From Eledone cirrhosa (Eukaryota), in assembly GCA_964016885.1 (NCBI GenBank), contig OZ024741.1:287804001-287868000 (forward strand): DNA of 64,000 nucleotides, written 5' to 3'. A model generated the notes under the pieces. The model was not told the origin of the DNA. It did not search any database and worked only from the letters and a program-made list of their open reading frames with translations. Below, in pieces: positions 42,953-54,588 of the stretch. How positions within the stretch are numbered: the stretch's first letter is position 1; every line of letters starts with the position of its first letter. A program made the translations under genes and the position numbers.

Positions 42953-43289
42953 TTCCAACTTTCCAACACAATAATGTAAGGCAATACACTACATCCACTT
43001 CAGACAATAGATAATGACAAGGGGTGAAGGCGATTAACTTTGGCAGGCATCGAGATGAATCAGTTTAACCCGTGGTTTATGTCATGTCAGAAGGTGAAAG
43101 GTAATTCTTTAAGATACTGGACAGTAGCTTTCCTCCGATAAACAATATATGTCCATAAGGTTTAATGCAAAGTATATAAGAAAATTATACATTTTTGTGA
43201 CATGTTCGTGATATCAAGAAAGTAAAAAAAAAATAAGAAGAAGAATATCTCAACTCCAATAACTTCAAGACGGATAGATAGATCGATAA

Positions 43290-43371
<82 letters not shown>

Positions 43372-43372
<1 letters not shown>

Positions 43373-43510
43373 TGTTTCTTTTATTTGCCACCAGGGCATC
43401 AAAAGTGGGACAAGTACAATGGGGGGAGTTTACAAAACAAGGCGTCCTCAATAAGGAGGAGGCAATAACAATATATAAAAATAAAATAAAATATAACAAA
43501 AAATAAAATT
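43372..43510 (-). mobile_element. Tx1-type LINE 3'UTR stub in (GATA)n
   Basis: Near identical to 6537-6670. Confidence 0.85.
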
Positions 43511-43882
43511 TAGATAGATATATAGATAGATAATTTCAAGACAGAGGGAGGAAGTACCTACTTACCTATCTATCTAGCTATCTATCCAAAGAGAAAACGA
43601 GAGGGGGGGGGGGTTAAGGAATTCTAAAGAATTTAGAGAGTGCCTGAAAATAGTGTTGTTCTGTGGAAGTTGACGGTAATGAAAGTGTACAATGAAGACA
43701 TGTCAAGCATTTCAATGACGTGCTCATTCATAAAACGATGTGTCTACAATAGATTACGTATTGTTTTAAGCAAGCTGTAATACAGTTCGCAAACGTTATA
43801 AAGGTCATAATATCCGCCTGTTCAACAACAACGAGAAAACCTGTTGGGAAGGGTATCTTATATCATTATAATATTCTTTGGA

Positions 43883-43937
<55 letters not shown>

Positions 43938-44135
43938 TGCGGGGGTGGGGGTATGTGTGAGCATGTGTTTCATTCGTTTGAAATCATCGAGAAAATGTAT
44001 GTGAAATAAATATATAAACTCTCTCTCTCTCTCTCAGATATATATATATATATATATGTATATATATTATATGTATATATATATTATATGTATATATATA
44101 TACATATATATATATATATACATATATATTATATG

Positions 44136-44167
<32 letters not shown>

Positions 44168-44551
44168 CATATATATTATATGTATATATATATACATATA
44201 TATATACATATATATTATATGTATATATATATACATATATATATACATATCCTAAACCGACGGTAGTCGGTTTAGTAATATTGTTGTCTTAGTGATTTCG
44301 TTGGCAATCGTCTCTTTACAGCATTATTAGAATGTCTTCCGATTATCAAAATCACATGAAAGTTATATGAGCATGGAGAGTAAATCATTGCACATCTCTT
44401 ATAAGCTAAAAATCTCGAAATTTCGTTCAGCACAAAAAAAGTTATGATCAAAGTTTGCTGAAAAAAACTGTGTTCAAGTGAGTAAGTGAGTGAGTAAGGG
44501 TGACGCTCTGTGCATTTGATGCATCTCTTGGGACCGGTCAGAGGAGGATAA

Positions 44552-45140
44552 GGGGTTATTCGGGGTGCGGCGCTTATTCGAACCCTCCCCCAGTGACTGC
44601 GATTATTCGGGGTGAGACGCTTATTCGAACCCCCCCCCCCCCCCCCCCCCCCCCCCGCTTATTCGAACCCTCCCCCCAGTGACTGCGATTATTCGGGGTG
44701 CGGCGCTTATTCGAACCCTCCCCCCAGTGACTGCGGTTATTCGGGGTGCGGCGCTTATTCGAACCCTCCCCCCAGTGACTGCGATTATTCGGGGTGCGGC
44801 GCTTATTCGAACCCTCCCCCCAGTGACTGCGGTTATTCGGGGTGCGGCGCTTATTCGAACCCTCCCCCAGTGACTGCGATTATTCGGGGTGAGGCGCTTA
44901 TTCGAACCCCCCCCCCCCCCCCCACAGTGACTGCGGTTATTCGGGGTGCGGCGCTTATTCGAACCCCCCCCCCCCCCACAGTGACTGCGATTATTCGGGG
45001 TGAGGCGCTTATTCGAACCCTCCCCCAGTGACTGCTGTTATTTGGGGTGAGGGTCTTATTCGAACCCCCCCTAGTGACTGCGGTTATTCGGGGTGCGGTG
45101 GTTATTTGAACCCCCCCCCCCCCCCCAGTGACTGCGGTTA
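44552..45140. repeat. GC-rich minisatellite, ~47-60-bp unit, ~11 copies
   Basis: CAGTGACTGCGRTTATTCGGGGTGCGGCGCTTATTCGAACC(C)n. Confidence 0.9.
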
Positions 45141-45467
45141 TTTTTTTGAATTTGAATTTTAAATGTTGATACAATGTGGCAGTAAACATTAATCATTGAG
45201 CTAATTAGGAGCTATTATGTTCTCCTATCTCGCGATAAGTGGTCACACGTTGCAAACTAGTTGAGGTTGTCTTCTATTTATATTCAAATGAGTAACCACT
45301 CACTGCATTGTTCTCTTTCAAAGCAGTCGCTGATTGATATACTAGAAATTCAGAAAATCATTTGGATTTGTACTAATAGTTGTGAATAGTTGTGCTATTT
45401 TTTGTACCGATAGGTGCGAGTAGTGAACTCATTTGCGATAGGTGCGAATAGTGTGCTCATTTGACAT

Positions 45468-46130
45468 ATGAAAATGACGTCTCTCGGCTTTTTTATCGGC
45501 TTATTTATTTTGACTATTACAAATGAAAAATTTGTTTCCCTGCAAAAGTCTCGCCAAAATGGTCGCAAAAAAAATCGCAAAAGGTCACTTCATACGTTTC
45601 GCGGCTTTCGAAAAAAGTCACCATATACGTTTCGCGGCTTTTTGATCGGCTTATTACTTTTTTGCCTGGCGCGAAAATGCAATATTTCCATTTCGAATGA
45701 AACAATTCCACAATCGGGCAATTCGAATGATGAAATTCACATTCAGGCGGCTTTTTACAAATCCAATAAACGAATTTACCCGATTTCCAATCAGAAATAT
45801 AGAACACGTGCACTGATCTTATCATTGCTTATTATCGGTTGTGTTGAATTAAATCCTGGACCTGAATTTGAATTCAATGAGACTGATAGTGCTTCCGAAT
45901 GTCCCAAAGATCAAAAAATTCATAAAGAGAATGAAAAACGGAGAAAAAATGCCATTAGGAATAGGGAGTATAAAAAACGGAAAGCTGCTGAAATAAAAGA
46001 AAAAAGACAATCAGAACAAGCAAAACATATGAATAATGCATACCAAAAAGCGCGTGAAGAAAATACAAAAATCCAAAAAAAATTATCATGTGAAAAATTG
46101 ACAAAAAATCGACAAAAATGGCGTGCGTGA
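45468..46130 (+). CDS. Truncated transposon ORF with a 2A-like peptide followed by a basic coiled-coil region
   Basis: ALILSLLIIGCVELNPGP; the ORF runs into a ~62-70-bp tandem repeat (46050-46315). Confidence 0.45.
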   Translation: MKMTSLGFFIGLFILTITNEKFVSLQKSRQNGRKKNRKRSLHTFRGFRKKSPYTFRGFLIGLLLFCLARKCNISISNETIPQSGNSNDEIHIQAAFYKSNKRIYPISNQKYRTRALILSLLIIGCVELNPGPEFEFNETDSASECPKDQKIHKENEKRRKNAIRNREYKKRKAAEIKEKRQSEQAKHMNNAYQKAREENTKIQKKLSCEKLTKNRQKWRA

Positions 46131-47209
46131 AGAAAATCCAAAAATCCAAAAAAAAATTATCATGTGAAAAATTGACAAAAAAATCGACAAAAATGGCGCG
46201 CGTGAAAAAAAATCAAAAAAACCCAAAAAAATTTGCATGTGAAAAATTGACAAAAAATCGACCAAAAATGGCGCGCGTGAAAAAAATCCCAAAAAAATTT
46301 GCATGTGAAAATTGATATTTGCCTTCTATTGCATTAGAATTTGTCATGTTTAATTAAAATGTTATTTTCAACTAAATGCAAATGGTGCAAATTTGCTCCA
46401 TTTAGATTCAGTTGTTAATGCTCACCTACTAATTTAAAAAAATTGTATTTTCTTAAATGACTCTTATTTATCATAAGTTAATATTTTTAAGATAGGTGAG
46501 TGCTCCACGATCTGACCTATGTCCCCGCCATGTGGAGTGGATGCTTGTACCAATTAGATAAAATATCTCAACTTATTTCTGTGACTCCAATGCACAGGCT
46601 GACACTGTAGCTTGAATTAAATTCAAAATTGGTACAAGTAACTAAGAGGTCACAAAAGAATAGCTTCACTTTCACCTATAGTTTTCATTAACATCATTTT
46701 TGGGATTTTTTGATAGAAGTAACTAAAGTAATAACTATTTAATTAAGTAGTTGTTGTTTGCATTGCCTTGAAAAATAGGAAACTAGCTAGAAAAATGCGT
46801 ACAGCAAAAAAAAAGTAATATTGTTGGAACAAACCTTTAAAAATACAGGACAAGGAAGTAAGATAAACCTTTAAAAATACAGGACAAAGAACTAAGATAA
46901 AACTTTAAAAGAATAGGACAAGGAATATAAATTTTTACAATAATATTAGTGGCAAAAATTTTATTGGAAAAATAGATAATTGATCAAATAAAAGTGATTT
47001 ATTTGAGTAACATGAAATTACTTAATGAGAAATATCAATACAATGAAATTGATCCCTGTCTTGTGTTCCTCCTCCAAGTCCGAGTTGTACCAACTGGTTC
47101 ATTGGTTCATGAGGAAGTGGGCCAGGAAAAATGTAGGAAAAGTCATCATGGTTCATTTCTGTTCTTCCCTTCTACTCGAGCCCCCTCAGCGCCTGCATCC
47201 CCCAGCTAC

Positions 47210-47630
47210 AATGACTCCCAAATCAGCAGTCTGTTGCTCCTGCACCAACGCCTCCACCTCCTCCCCCCTCGTCGCCTGCTTCAACTTTCATCATTGCTGC
47301 GCCAACATGCCCAGTGCTGTCTGGAAGTGGTTCAACGAGTCCGGCGCCGGCTTCACCTGCTTCAAGTGCTCTCCCAGGAAGAAGCACTCTGCCCTATCCA
47401 CCTGCCCTTCTACCACTGCCCATGAAGCCAGTCCGGAACCGTCAACCGTGCCTCAAAGTGTCATCGAGGACCAGCAGGATTCCGAGTCGAACACGGGCCC
47501 ATTCACCTTGGTCACTCGCCGTCATCGTCCCAGAGTCAAGACCCGTACCCCTCCCTCTCCCCCTCCAGTTCCTGCTCCGACCCAGTCCGAGTTGCGCCGG
47601 GTCATCCGCGAGGAGTTGGACCGGGAAAGA
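47210..47630 (+). pseudogene. Captured GC-rich fragment encoding a PHD-like zinc finger (LINE ORF1-like)
   Basis: CCSC..C..FHHCC..FTCFKC followed by FTLVTRR and a Pro-rich linker. Confidence 0.45.
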
Positions 47631-48225
47631 TGACAGACAAGTGATCATGGTTGGAGTGGATGCATGCGGAACATCATAGTTGTAATTGGTGTAATGATGG
47701 AAACTCAATTTTTTTACCAATTGAATTTTGCCACTAATATTATTGTAAAAATTTATATTCCTTGTCCTATTCTTTTAAAGTTTTTATCTTAGTTCTTTGT
47801 CCTGTATTTTTAAAGGTTTATCTTACTTCCTTGTCCTGTATTTTTAAAGGTTTGTTCCAACAATATTACTTTTTTTTGCTGTACGCATTTTTCTAGCTAG
47901 TATATTATATGTGTATATATATACATATATATATACATATATATTATATGTATATATATATACATATAGTTAAAAGAATAGAGGTGTAACACACAAGTTA
48001 TTATATATTGGTAAACGGAATAGAAAATGCTGACAAATTGTTCACAGTTGAAAAAATGGTTTAATTAGGAATAAAAGAGTATTAGTGATTGTATGGGTTA
48101 GTATTCAGTTGTGGTTTAAGTTTTTAAGTTTTTACCGGTTGCGCATTTCTAAATGCTTTTCAAAAATAATTTTGAGATAGAGTGTCCGTGCTGTTTGCTC
48201 TGATCAGATATATATATATATATAT

Positions 48226-48270
48226 AATATTGCTGATGAGTTGTAACAACAACGAAACTAGTTCAATATT
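48226..48270 (+). ncRNA. Minimal hammerhead ribozyme (perfect), at the start of a ~340-bp unit in (TA)n
   Basis: AATATTG-CTGATGA-GTTG TAACAA CAAC-GAAA-CTAG-TT-CAATATT. Confidence 0.9.
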
Positions 48271-48568
48271 CCTTGTCTGGCTTTCTGGAGAATAGGGGGA
48301 AGGTGTTCCCCCGAAAAACCAGTATGACTCTAAAAAACCGGTTTGTCTGTGTGTTTACATACAGAATAGCTGGGCCGCTCACTGTAAAGCGAACCAGTGA
48401 AAGACTTGGTACACCTACATATGTATACGTGTGTGTATTCATATACACACTAGTATTTCAGTATGCATATGTAGATGTACATTTTTAACTTAATTGTTTA
48501 AGCGTCAGTCATACAAAAGTGAGTTACAAACGAAAACGAAATTTAATTTCGTTTCGTTATTTGTTTTT

Positions 48569-48693
<125 letters not shown>

Positions 48694-48702
48694 ATATATA
48701 TA

Positions 48703-48993
48703 TTGTCTAAAATCTATGGCAAACTCCCTCGAGTCTCTGCCCTTCTAAAATCCCGGAGAGCTCAATTTGCTGGCCACTGTCACCGTGCCAGCAATGAAAT
48801 CATATCCGCTCTCTTGCTCTGGAACCCTGACTCCAGCTTGACTAGGAGTAGGAAGCTGTCATTCCCTGACGTTATCTCTAGGGATACGGGAATCAGTAAA
48901 CAGGACCTGGGGGCAGCGATGGGGGACAGGGAATTCTGGGGCATGAGAGTGAGATTTATCATCTCGACAGTAGTCGACGAATGATGATGATGA
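48703..48993 (+). pseudogene. RTE-like LINE 3' end
   Basis: RRAQFAGHCHR..LLLWNP..DR..W; (TGA)n tail. Confidence 0.7.
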
Positions 48994-49115
48994 TATATAT
49001 TAATAAGAGGAATTCCAACTTTGTCTGATTTACTCGTTTTATTTACAATCCTTTAAAATGTTTAATGGTGTTATAATGAAATAGTATGATAGAATATTAA
49101 ATTCTAAGTGTTAAT

Positions 49116-49154
49116 TGAACAAGTACTTTCATGCTTTCGCAATCTTCAGGTTCA
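49116..49154 (-). ncRNA. Minimal hammerhead ribozyme (mutated inverted copy at 53360-53398)
   Basis: TGAAC-CTGAAGA-T-TGC GAAA GCA-T-GAAA-GTAC-TT-GTTCA. Confidence 0.85.
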
Positions 49155-49642
49155 TAATATGTGGTGACAGTCAAGTTTGCAATTTTCAACTGTAATGAGA
49201 TGGGTAAATTTTGTACCTTATATACAGTGAAAAGTGGCTCCAGAATGCTAAATCTTGCAAACTGTATTTCGACCAATCGGTGTGTAGTTTCACTGAATAA
49301 CTAAAGCTGATTGGTTTAAGCGTCACGGCTGGTTGAGCATGTCTAACGACCAATAATTAATCCTATCCAAAGCGTCAATTGTTTTACTATTTTTAGAAAT
49401 GATGAAAATAGCATTTTCTAGTAATCATCATCATCAACATCACTTTTATTATTATTATTATTGTTGTTGTTGTTGTTGTTGTCAGTGGTCGTAGTCATAG
49501 TCATAGTAGAAGTAATACCCCTAAGCGTTATTATTGTTCATTTAGCTTGGGTTTGAATTTATCAATAAAATTCTTTTCTTTGATTTTTCTCTTGATTTCA
49601 CTTGGGCTGATAAAATTCTTTTCTTTCATTTTTCTCTTGATT

Positions 49643-51790
49643 TCATTTGTAGAATGGGAATATTATAAATATTCCCTGACCACATGTTGCTAGATGGTTA
49701 CTTAGGGGTATCTGACGGACATTTGGGTCTCTGATTTGCTGACGGTGTACCCGTGCACGTTCCGATAGTGCATTTCCAGTTTGACCGACATATAGTTCTT
49801 CACAATTCGGGCATTTAATGCAGTAAATTAGATTTCTGCTTTTGCAGTTCATATTTGCATTTGGGAATATTTTTCCAGCTTTTGTTTTCATATATTGACC
49901 GGCGTGTATGGATTGACATGTGCCGCATCGACTATCATTGCATTTAGATACAGTGAATGATTGGTCTTTGTTGTTAAGGTCAAACTTTGCTTTTGTTAGT
50001 AATTGCTTCAAATTTTTTGGCTGTCTTTTACTAAGAGTCAAAGATCGATCTGTGATTAAGCCTTTTAATTCATTACTTTGAGCAATGATCGGTAGGTTTG
50101 CTTTGGCAGTGTTGAAGATGTTCTGATGACATGGGTTGTGTGTCATTATAAATGGTATGACCAGTTCTTGGTTTCTTCTTCCTTGGGTTGTCCTAAGTTG
50201 TTGTATAGGTATTTTTATAGCCCGCTGTATGCCATTTTCTATAAGTAGAAATGGGTATTTTTGTTTGAGCAAAAATTCTCTTAGTTCTGTTAGGCGTTTG
50301 TACCTGGTATTCGTATCTTCTACAATGGTACAAATTCTTCTGGCTAGGCAGTATGGGATGTTGCGTTTTGTATGAGGTGGATGGCACGACTTAAAATTCA
50401 GATATTGATGGGTGTCTGTGTGTTTATAATATATATCCGTGGTAATGGTGGTGTCGTTTTTGATTATCATTATATCTAGGAATGGTAATTTGGTCCTACT
50501 CATCTCTTTTGTGAATTGGAGAGATGGGTGTAGGTTATTCAGGAGGATATTGAACTCATCCAGAGTATCTAGAGATTCTGTCCAGATGATGAAACAGTCG
50601 TCAAGGTATCTCTTTCAAGATTTTTCAATGTACTTTCTAAAGTCAGTACTATATTTTTCCTCTATTTCTTGGTAGAGTTGTTGTTCTAAGTATCCCATTA
50701 CAGAGTTCGCGTAAACGGGAGCAAACTTCGTTCCCATCGCTGTGCCTCTAATTTGGATGTAATTCTTTCCATTGAAGAAGAAAGTGTTGTTTTCCAGAAT
50801 AAGTTTAACTGCGTCTAATATAAATGGCGCTGTGAATCTGATGGGAATCACTTCTCTATGTTTTTCCACCCAGTATTGAACCGCCTTTATTCCTAAATCA
50901 TGTGTAATGTTGGTGTAAAGGCTTACCACATCAAAACTAAGTAGAAGTGAATTCGTTTCCGTGGTTTTGGGAAGATGGGACAGGAAGTCGATATCATCCC
51001 GGATGAAACTGGGTATGTGAATACATAGTGGTTTCAAAATAATGTCAACAAAATTGCTTAGACGGTGGGTGGGCATGTTGGACCAACTATAATAGGTCTA
51101 AGTTTTAAGTCTTTTGGGTGTAGTAATTTAATGTACTTACTGTTTTGTTCTCTTACTGCCAGTTGTATTTCTTTTGACTTATGAACTTTCGGTAGGCCAT
51201 ACAGGTTGCTGGGTTTCGGCTCAAAATTGGTGATGTAGTCTCTTTCCTTATCAGTAAGTGAGTTGTGGTATTTTGAAGCCAGGTTGTTGATCTTCATCAT
51301 GATGTTGTGGTCTATATTTGACGGTATTTCATGATAGAATGTTGTGTCTTTCAGTTGTTCCTCAACCAAATCCTTGTAGTATTCAGTATCCATTATAACA
51401 ACTGCACCCCCTTTATCGGCTTGTTTAATTATTATTGTTTTATCATTTTGTATACGTTTAAGTGCAGACATTTCTGATTTGTTAATGTTTGGCCTAATAT
51501 TAGTATTACGTCTAAGAGGAAATTTAGACAGGATGTCAATGTATTGGTCGAGATAGATATTTCTTCCTTTTGGCGGAGTGAAATTTGATTTATTCTTTAC
51601 TAGTGATTCATCACTCTCATTACTTTTATCAGCGAAGAATTCTACAATACGTAATTTTCGACAGAATTCTTGGGTATCCTCCTTCAGTTCTTGGTGGTTG
51701 ACTGTTGGAGTCGGTGTGAATTTCAGTCCTTTTGACAGAATTTGCATTTCATCATTGTCAAGATCTTTTTTAGATAAATTAATTCTTTTA
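49643..51790 (-). pseudogene. PLE reverse transcriptase plus GIY-YIG endonuclease (frameshifted)
   Basis: LSKGLKF, ADKG, YGLPKVHK, LRPI, SFDVVSLYTNI, GTAMG, RYLDD, PFLDI, C..C..C linker, NLIYCIKC..LYVGQTG. Confidence 0.9.
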
Positions 51791-51794
51791 GGAT

Positions 51795-53141
51795 CTATGT
51801 GTACAGTTGTTTTGGGTATGTTTCCTCCTGGAGTTTTTCTTTTTCCGGTTTTTGTTGTCCTGACGTTAAAACATGGATTTTTCTCTGTTCAGGATTTATA
51901 TTCCTGTTGGTGTTCGCTTGATGAACTTTTGGTCGTGATATTATATTTGGTTTCGTTATGTATTTTGTCCTATTTTTGGTATTATGTATATTATTTTTCC
52001 TGTTAGCATTATTTTTAACAATCTGGGGAAATGACCTAGGTTTGCTTTCAGGTTTAGATCGTCTTTTCGCCCAGTTTCTTGTGGGCAATCTCTGTTGAGA
52101 TCTTGAGAGTGATCTGGTTATTCTACGTTTTGTTTCCACATTCCTTGTTGGTAGTCTCTGTTGAGATCTTGAGAATGATCTCCTGGTTTTACTACTTCTC
52201 ATGGTCTGGTCAAAGGAATATCTATCGTGTTTGTGTTTTTTGTTCATGTTGTGTGCGATAGGGTGTTTTTGTAGAAAAAGCGAAGAGTTATTACCGTAGT
52301 TCTTCTTTGATACAAGGTAAGGTGAGTGTTTGTGTTGGCACGTGTTCTGGCGTATGTTGTGTTGGTGAGATTGTCCACTTTTAATGCTTTTTCTCAGGGT
52401 TCCAGAGTCTTTACCGTAATTTGCAGCATATTCGTCGAGAAATAATTGTTTCTGCTGCCATACCTTTCTTGATTTGTTTTCTTCTTTTGAGATATCTCTG
52501 ATCCATAGTTCTCGTAGTTTTTCAGCTATAATACCAGTCGTTAGCTTTGAAATTTCAACTTCAATTTGGTCATCAACTGCTTCATATTTGGCTTTGTAGC
52601 GGGATTGTTTACATTGAGAAATGGAGATGTCGGTCCTGAATTTTGTCAATGTAAGTTCCCATCGGAGTTTTGTTTCTTCTTCTGGTTCGCCTGCAATTTC
52701 TATAATTAGGTATTTACGAGGGAGTATGGATGCCGTTAGAGAGAGCCATTTTGAATGTGTTTCGACATATTTTTCGCATTTGTATGCTTTCCAGAAGTTT
52801 TGTTTTCTTATGTTAAGAAATTTTTTCCATGTCTTCCACATTTCTTTTCTTATTCGATGTGTTTTGTTTTCCAAATTTCTTTCGTTTAGTTCTGACATCC
52901 AAGGGGGTTGTGGTAGGCTTTCTCTTGTATCTTTGGTAACCGTTGGTATAATTTCAGCTAAATTCTTAATTTCAGAGTTTATATGTTCAGTTATAAGTTT
53001 TCCGTCTGTAGATTGTTTTTCTATTTCCTTTAAAATAGAGGATTGTGTGTCAATCATCGTGATAAGTGTTGATAATTTCGATGATATCTCCTTTAGAATT
53101 CTTTCTGATTCTGTTGATTTCATTTGTTGCTTTCCAGACAT
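51795..53141 (-). CDS. Long N-terminal extension or upstream ORF of the PLE (coiled-coil plus basic region)
   Basis: 448-aa open frame just upstream of the RT; homologous to 56904-58067. Confidence 0.7.
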   Translation of the reverse strand: MSGKQQMKSTESERILKEISSKLSTLITMIDTQSSILKEIEKQSTDGKLITEHINSEIKNLAEIIPTVTKDTRESLPQPPWMSELNERNLENKTHRIRKEMWKTWKKFLNIRKQNFWKAYKCEKYVETHSKWLSLTASILPRKYLIIEIAGEPEEETKLRWELTLTKFRTDISISQCKQSRYKAKYEAVDDQIEVEISKLTTGIIAEKLRELWIRDISKEENKSRKVWQQKQLFLDEYAANYGKDSGTLRKSIKSGQSHQHNIRQNTCQHKHSPYLVSKKNYGNNSSLFLQKHPIAHNMNKKHKHDRYSFDQTMRSSKTRRSFSRSQQRLPTRNVETKRRITRSLSRSQQRLPTRNWAKRRSKPESKPRSFPQIVKNNANRKNNIHNTKNRTKYITKPNIISRPKVHQANTNRNINPEQRKIHVLTSGQQKPEKEKLQEETYPKQLYT

Positions 53142-54072
53142 GTTGGCATATACACAATAGGAATATATATATATAGAGATAGATAAATATACACGCGTGT
53201 GTTTGATTGTGTATAGAAGATTATATTAATAAGAGGAATTCCAACTTTGTCTGATTTACTCGTTTTATTTACAATCCTTTAAAATTTATAATGGTATTAT
53301 AATGAAATAGCAATTTTCAACAGTTGAAAATTGGTATTTCATTATAATACCACATATTATGAACTTGAAGATTGCGAAAACATGAAAGTACTTGTTCAAT
53401 TAACACTTAGAATTTAATATTCTATCATACTATTTCATTATAATACCATTATAAATTTTAAAGGATTGTAAATAAAACGAGTAAATCAGACAAAGTTGGA
53501 ATTCCTCTTATTAATATAATCTTCTATACACAATCATACACACCCGTGTATATTTATCTATATATATATATATATATAGGAACAAGTAAGACCCCGACGG
53601 CTGAGCTCAAGCCGTTTCGACGGCTAATTCTGGACTGAATGAAAATTTATTCAGGTATTTAAATAGCCGAGCTTATCAGGGGTAATTCCATATATGGTCA
53701 AAGAGATAATCACCAGGATTGGTCACATCACAAGTTAGTAGTAAATCTGTGATGGCAAATTGGTAGGGGAAGGGGTAGCTGAACCTGCCGGTAGGAGAAA
53801 AAGGGAGAGGGGTGGAGTAGACCCATTCATGCGTTGGTAGTGCCGGCTACAGCTGGGTGTGAGGTCAAAGAAGATACTGGGGAGGGGGAGGGGGAGGAAG
53901 TCGAAACGGTAAGTAAAACAAAGAAGGGTAAAACTATAAAAAGTACTGAGAGAGAAAAAAAAAATAAGCAAAGTCTGGTTACTAAGACTTAAGTCTCTCG
54001 CTATTGCTAGGCTAAAGAAATACATAAATAAATAAATAAACAAATAAGTGAATAAAAGAATAGATAAATAAA

Positions 54073-54107
<35 letters not shown>

Positions 54108-54233
54108 TGAAGACAAACATAGAATATTCGAAAATATTCTGTATGTTTATAATAAACATTTTGAAGACCTAATCGCTATAGAATAGAATACGTCACGTAT
54201 TACAATTTGAGATTCTCGATAAAAGCAAGGGAA

Positions 54234-54276
54234 GTAACCTACGCGTTTCATTCTTATTAGAAATCATCAGGATTAC
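54234..54276 (-). ncRNA. Minimal hammerhead ribozyme
   Basis: GTAATC-CTGATGA-T-TTCT AATA AGAA-T-GAAA-CGCG-TA-GGTTAC. Confidence 0.9.
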
Positions 54277-54545
54277 ATATCCAGTGCTTTTATCGAGAAT
54301 GACACAGCTAGAGACTTATAGAATACTTAGCTGTGTACAGGAACTGGTTTGAAAGAGCGGTTGCCGGTCCGGCAGAAATTAGAATTTGGATTTAATGCTC
54401 TGAAATAGCGATATATATGTGAAGACAAACATAGAATATTCGAAAATATTCTGTATGTTTATAATAAACATTTTGAAGACCTAATCGCTATAGAATAGAA
54501 TACGTCACGTATTACAATTTGAGATTCTCGATAAAAGCAAGGGAA

Positions 54546-54588
54546 GTAACCTACGCGTTTCATTCTTATTAGAAATCATCAGGATTAC
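54546..54588 (-). ncRNA. Minimal hammerhead ribozyme
   Basis: Identical to 54234-54276, 312 bp away. Confidence 0.9.

Larger units (their letters stand above)
44251..47901. mobile_element. Helentron/Helitron2-like composite element
   Basis: Terminal hairpin CTAAACCGAC-GGTA-GTCGGTTTAG overlapping sub-TIR AGTAATATTGTTG (44274-44286); matching CAACAATATTACT (47858-47870) near the other end; inserted in TA-rich repeat. Confidence 0.6.
48998..53560 (-). mobile_element. Near full-length Penelope-like element (Neptune-like) with direct and inverted pseudo-LTRs
   Basis: pLTR ~48998-49190 is repeated directly at ~53225-53320 and inverted at ~53330-53520; RT, zinc-finger linker and GIY-YIG. Confidence 0.9.

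Noticed and set aside
44552-45140. Regularly spaced GC-rich repeats resembling a CRISPR array
   Set aside because: No unique spacers (only poly-C length variation), no cas genes, and a eukaryotic context; it is a minisatellite
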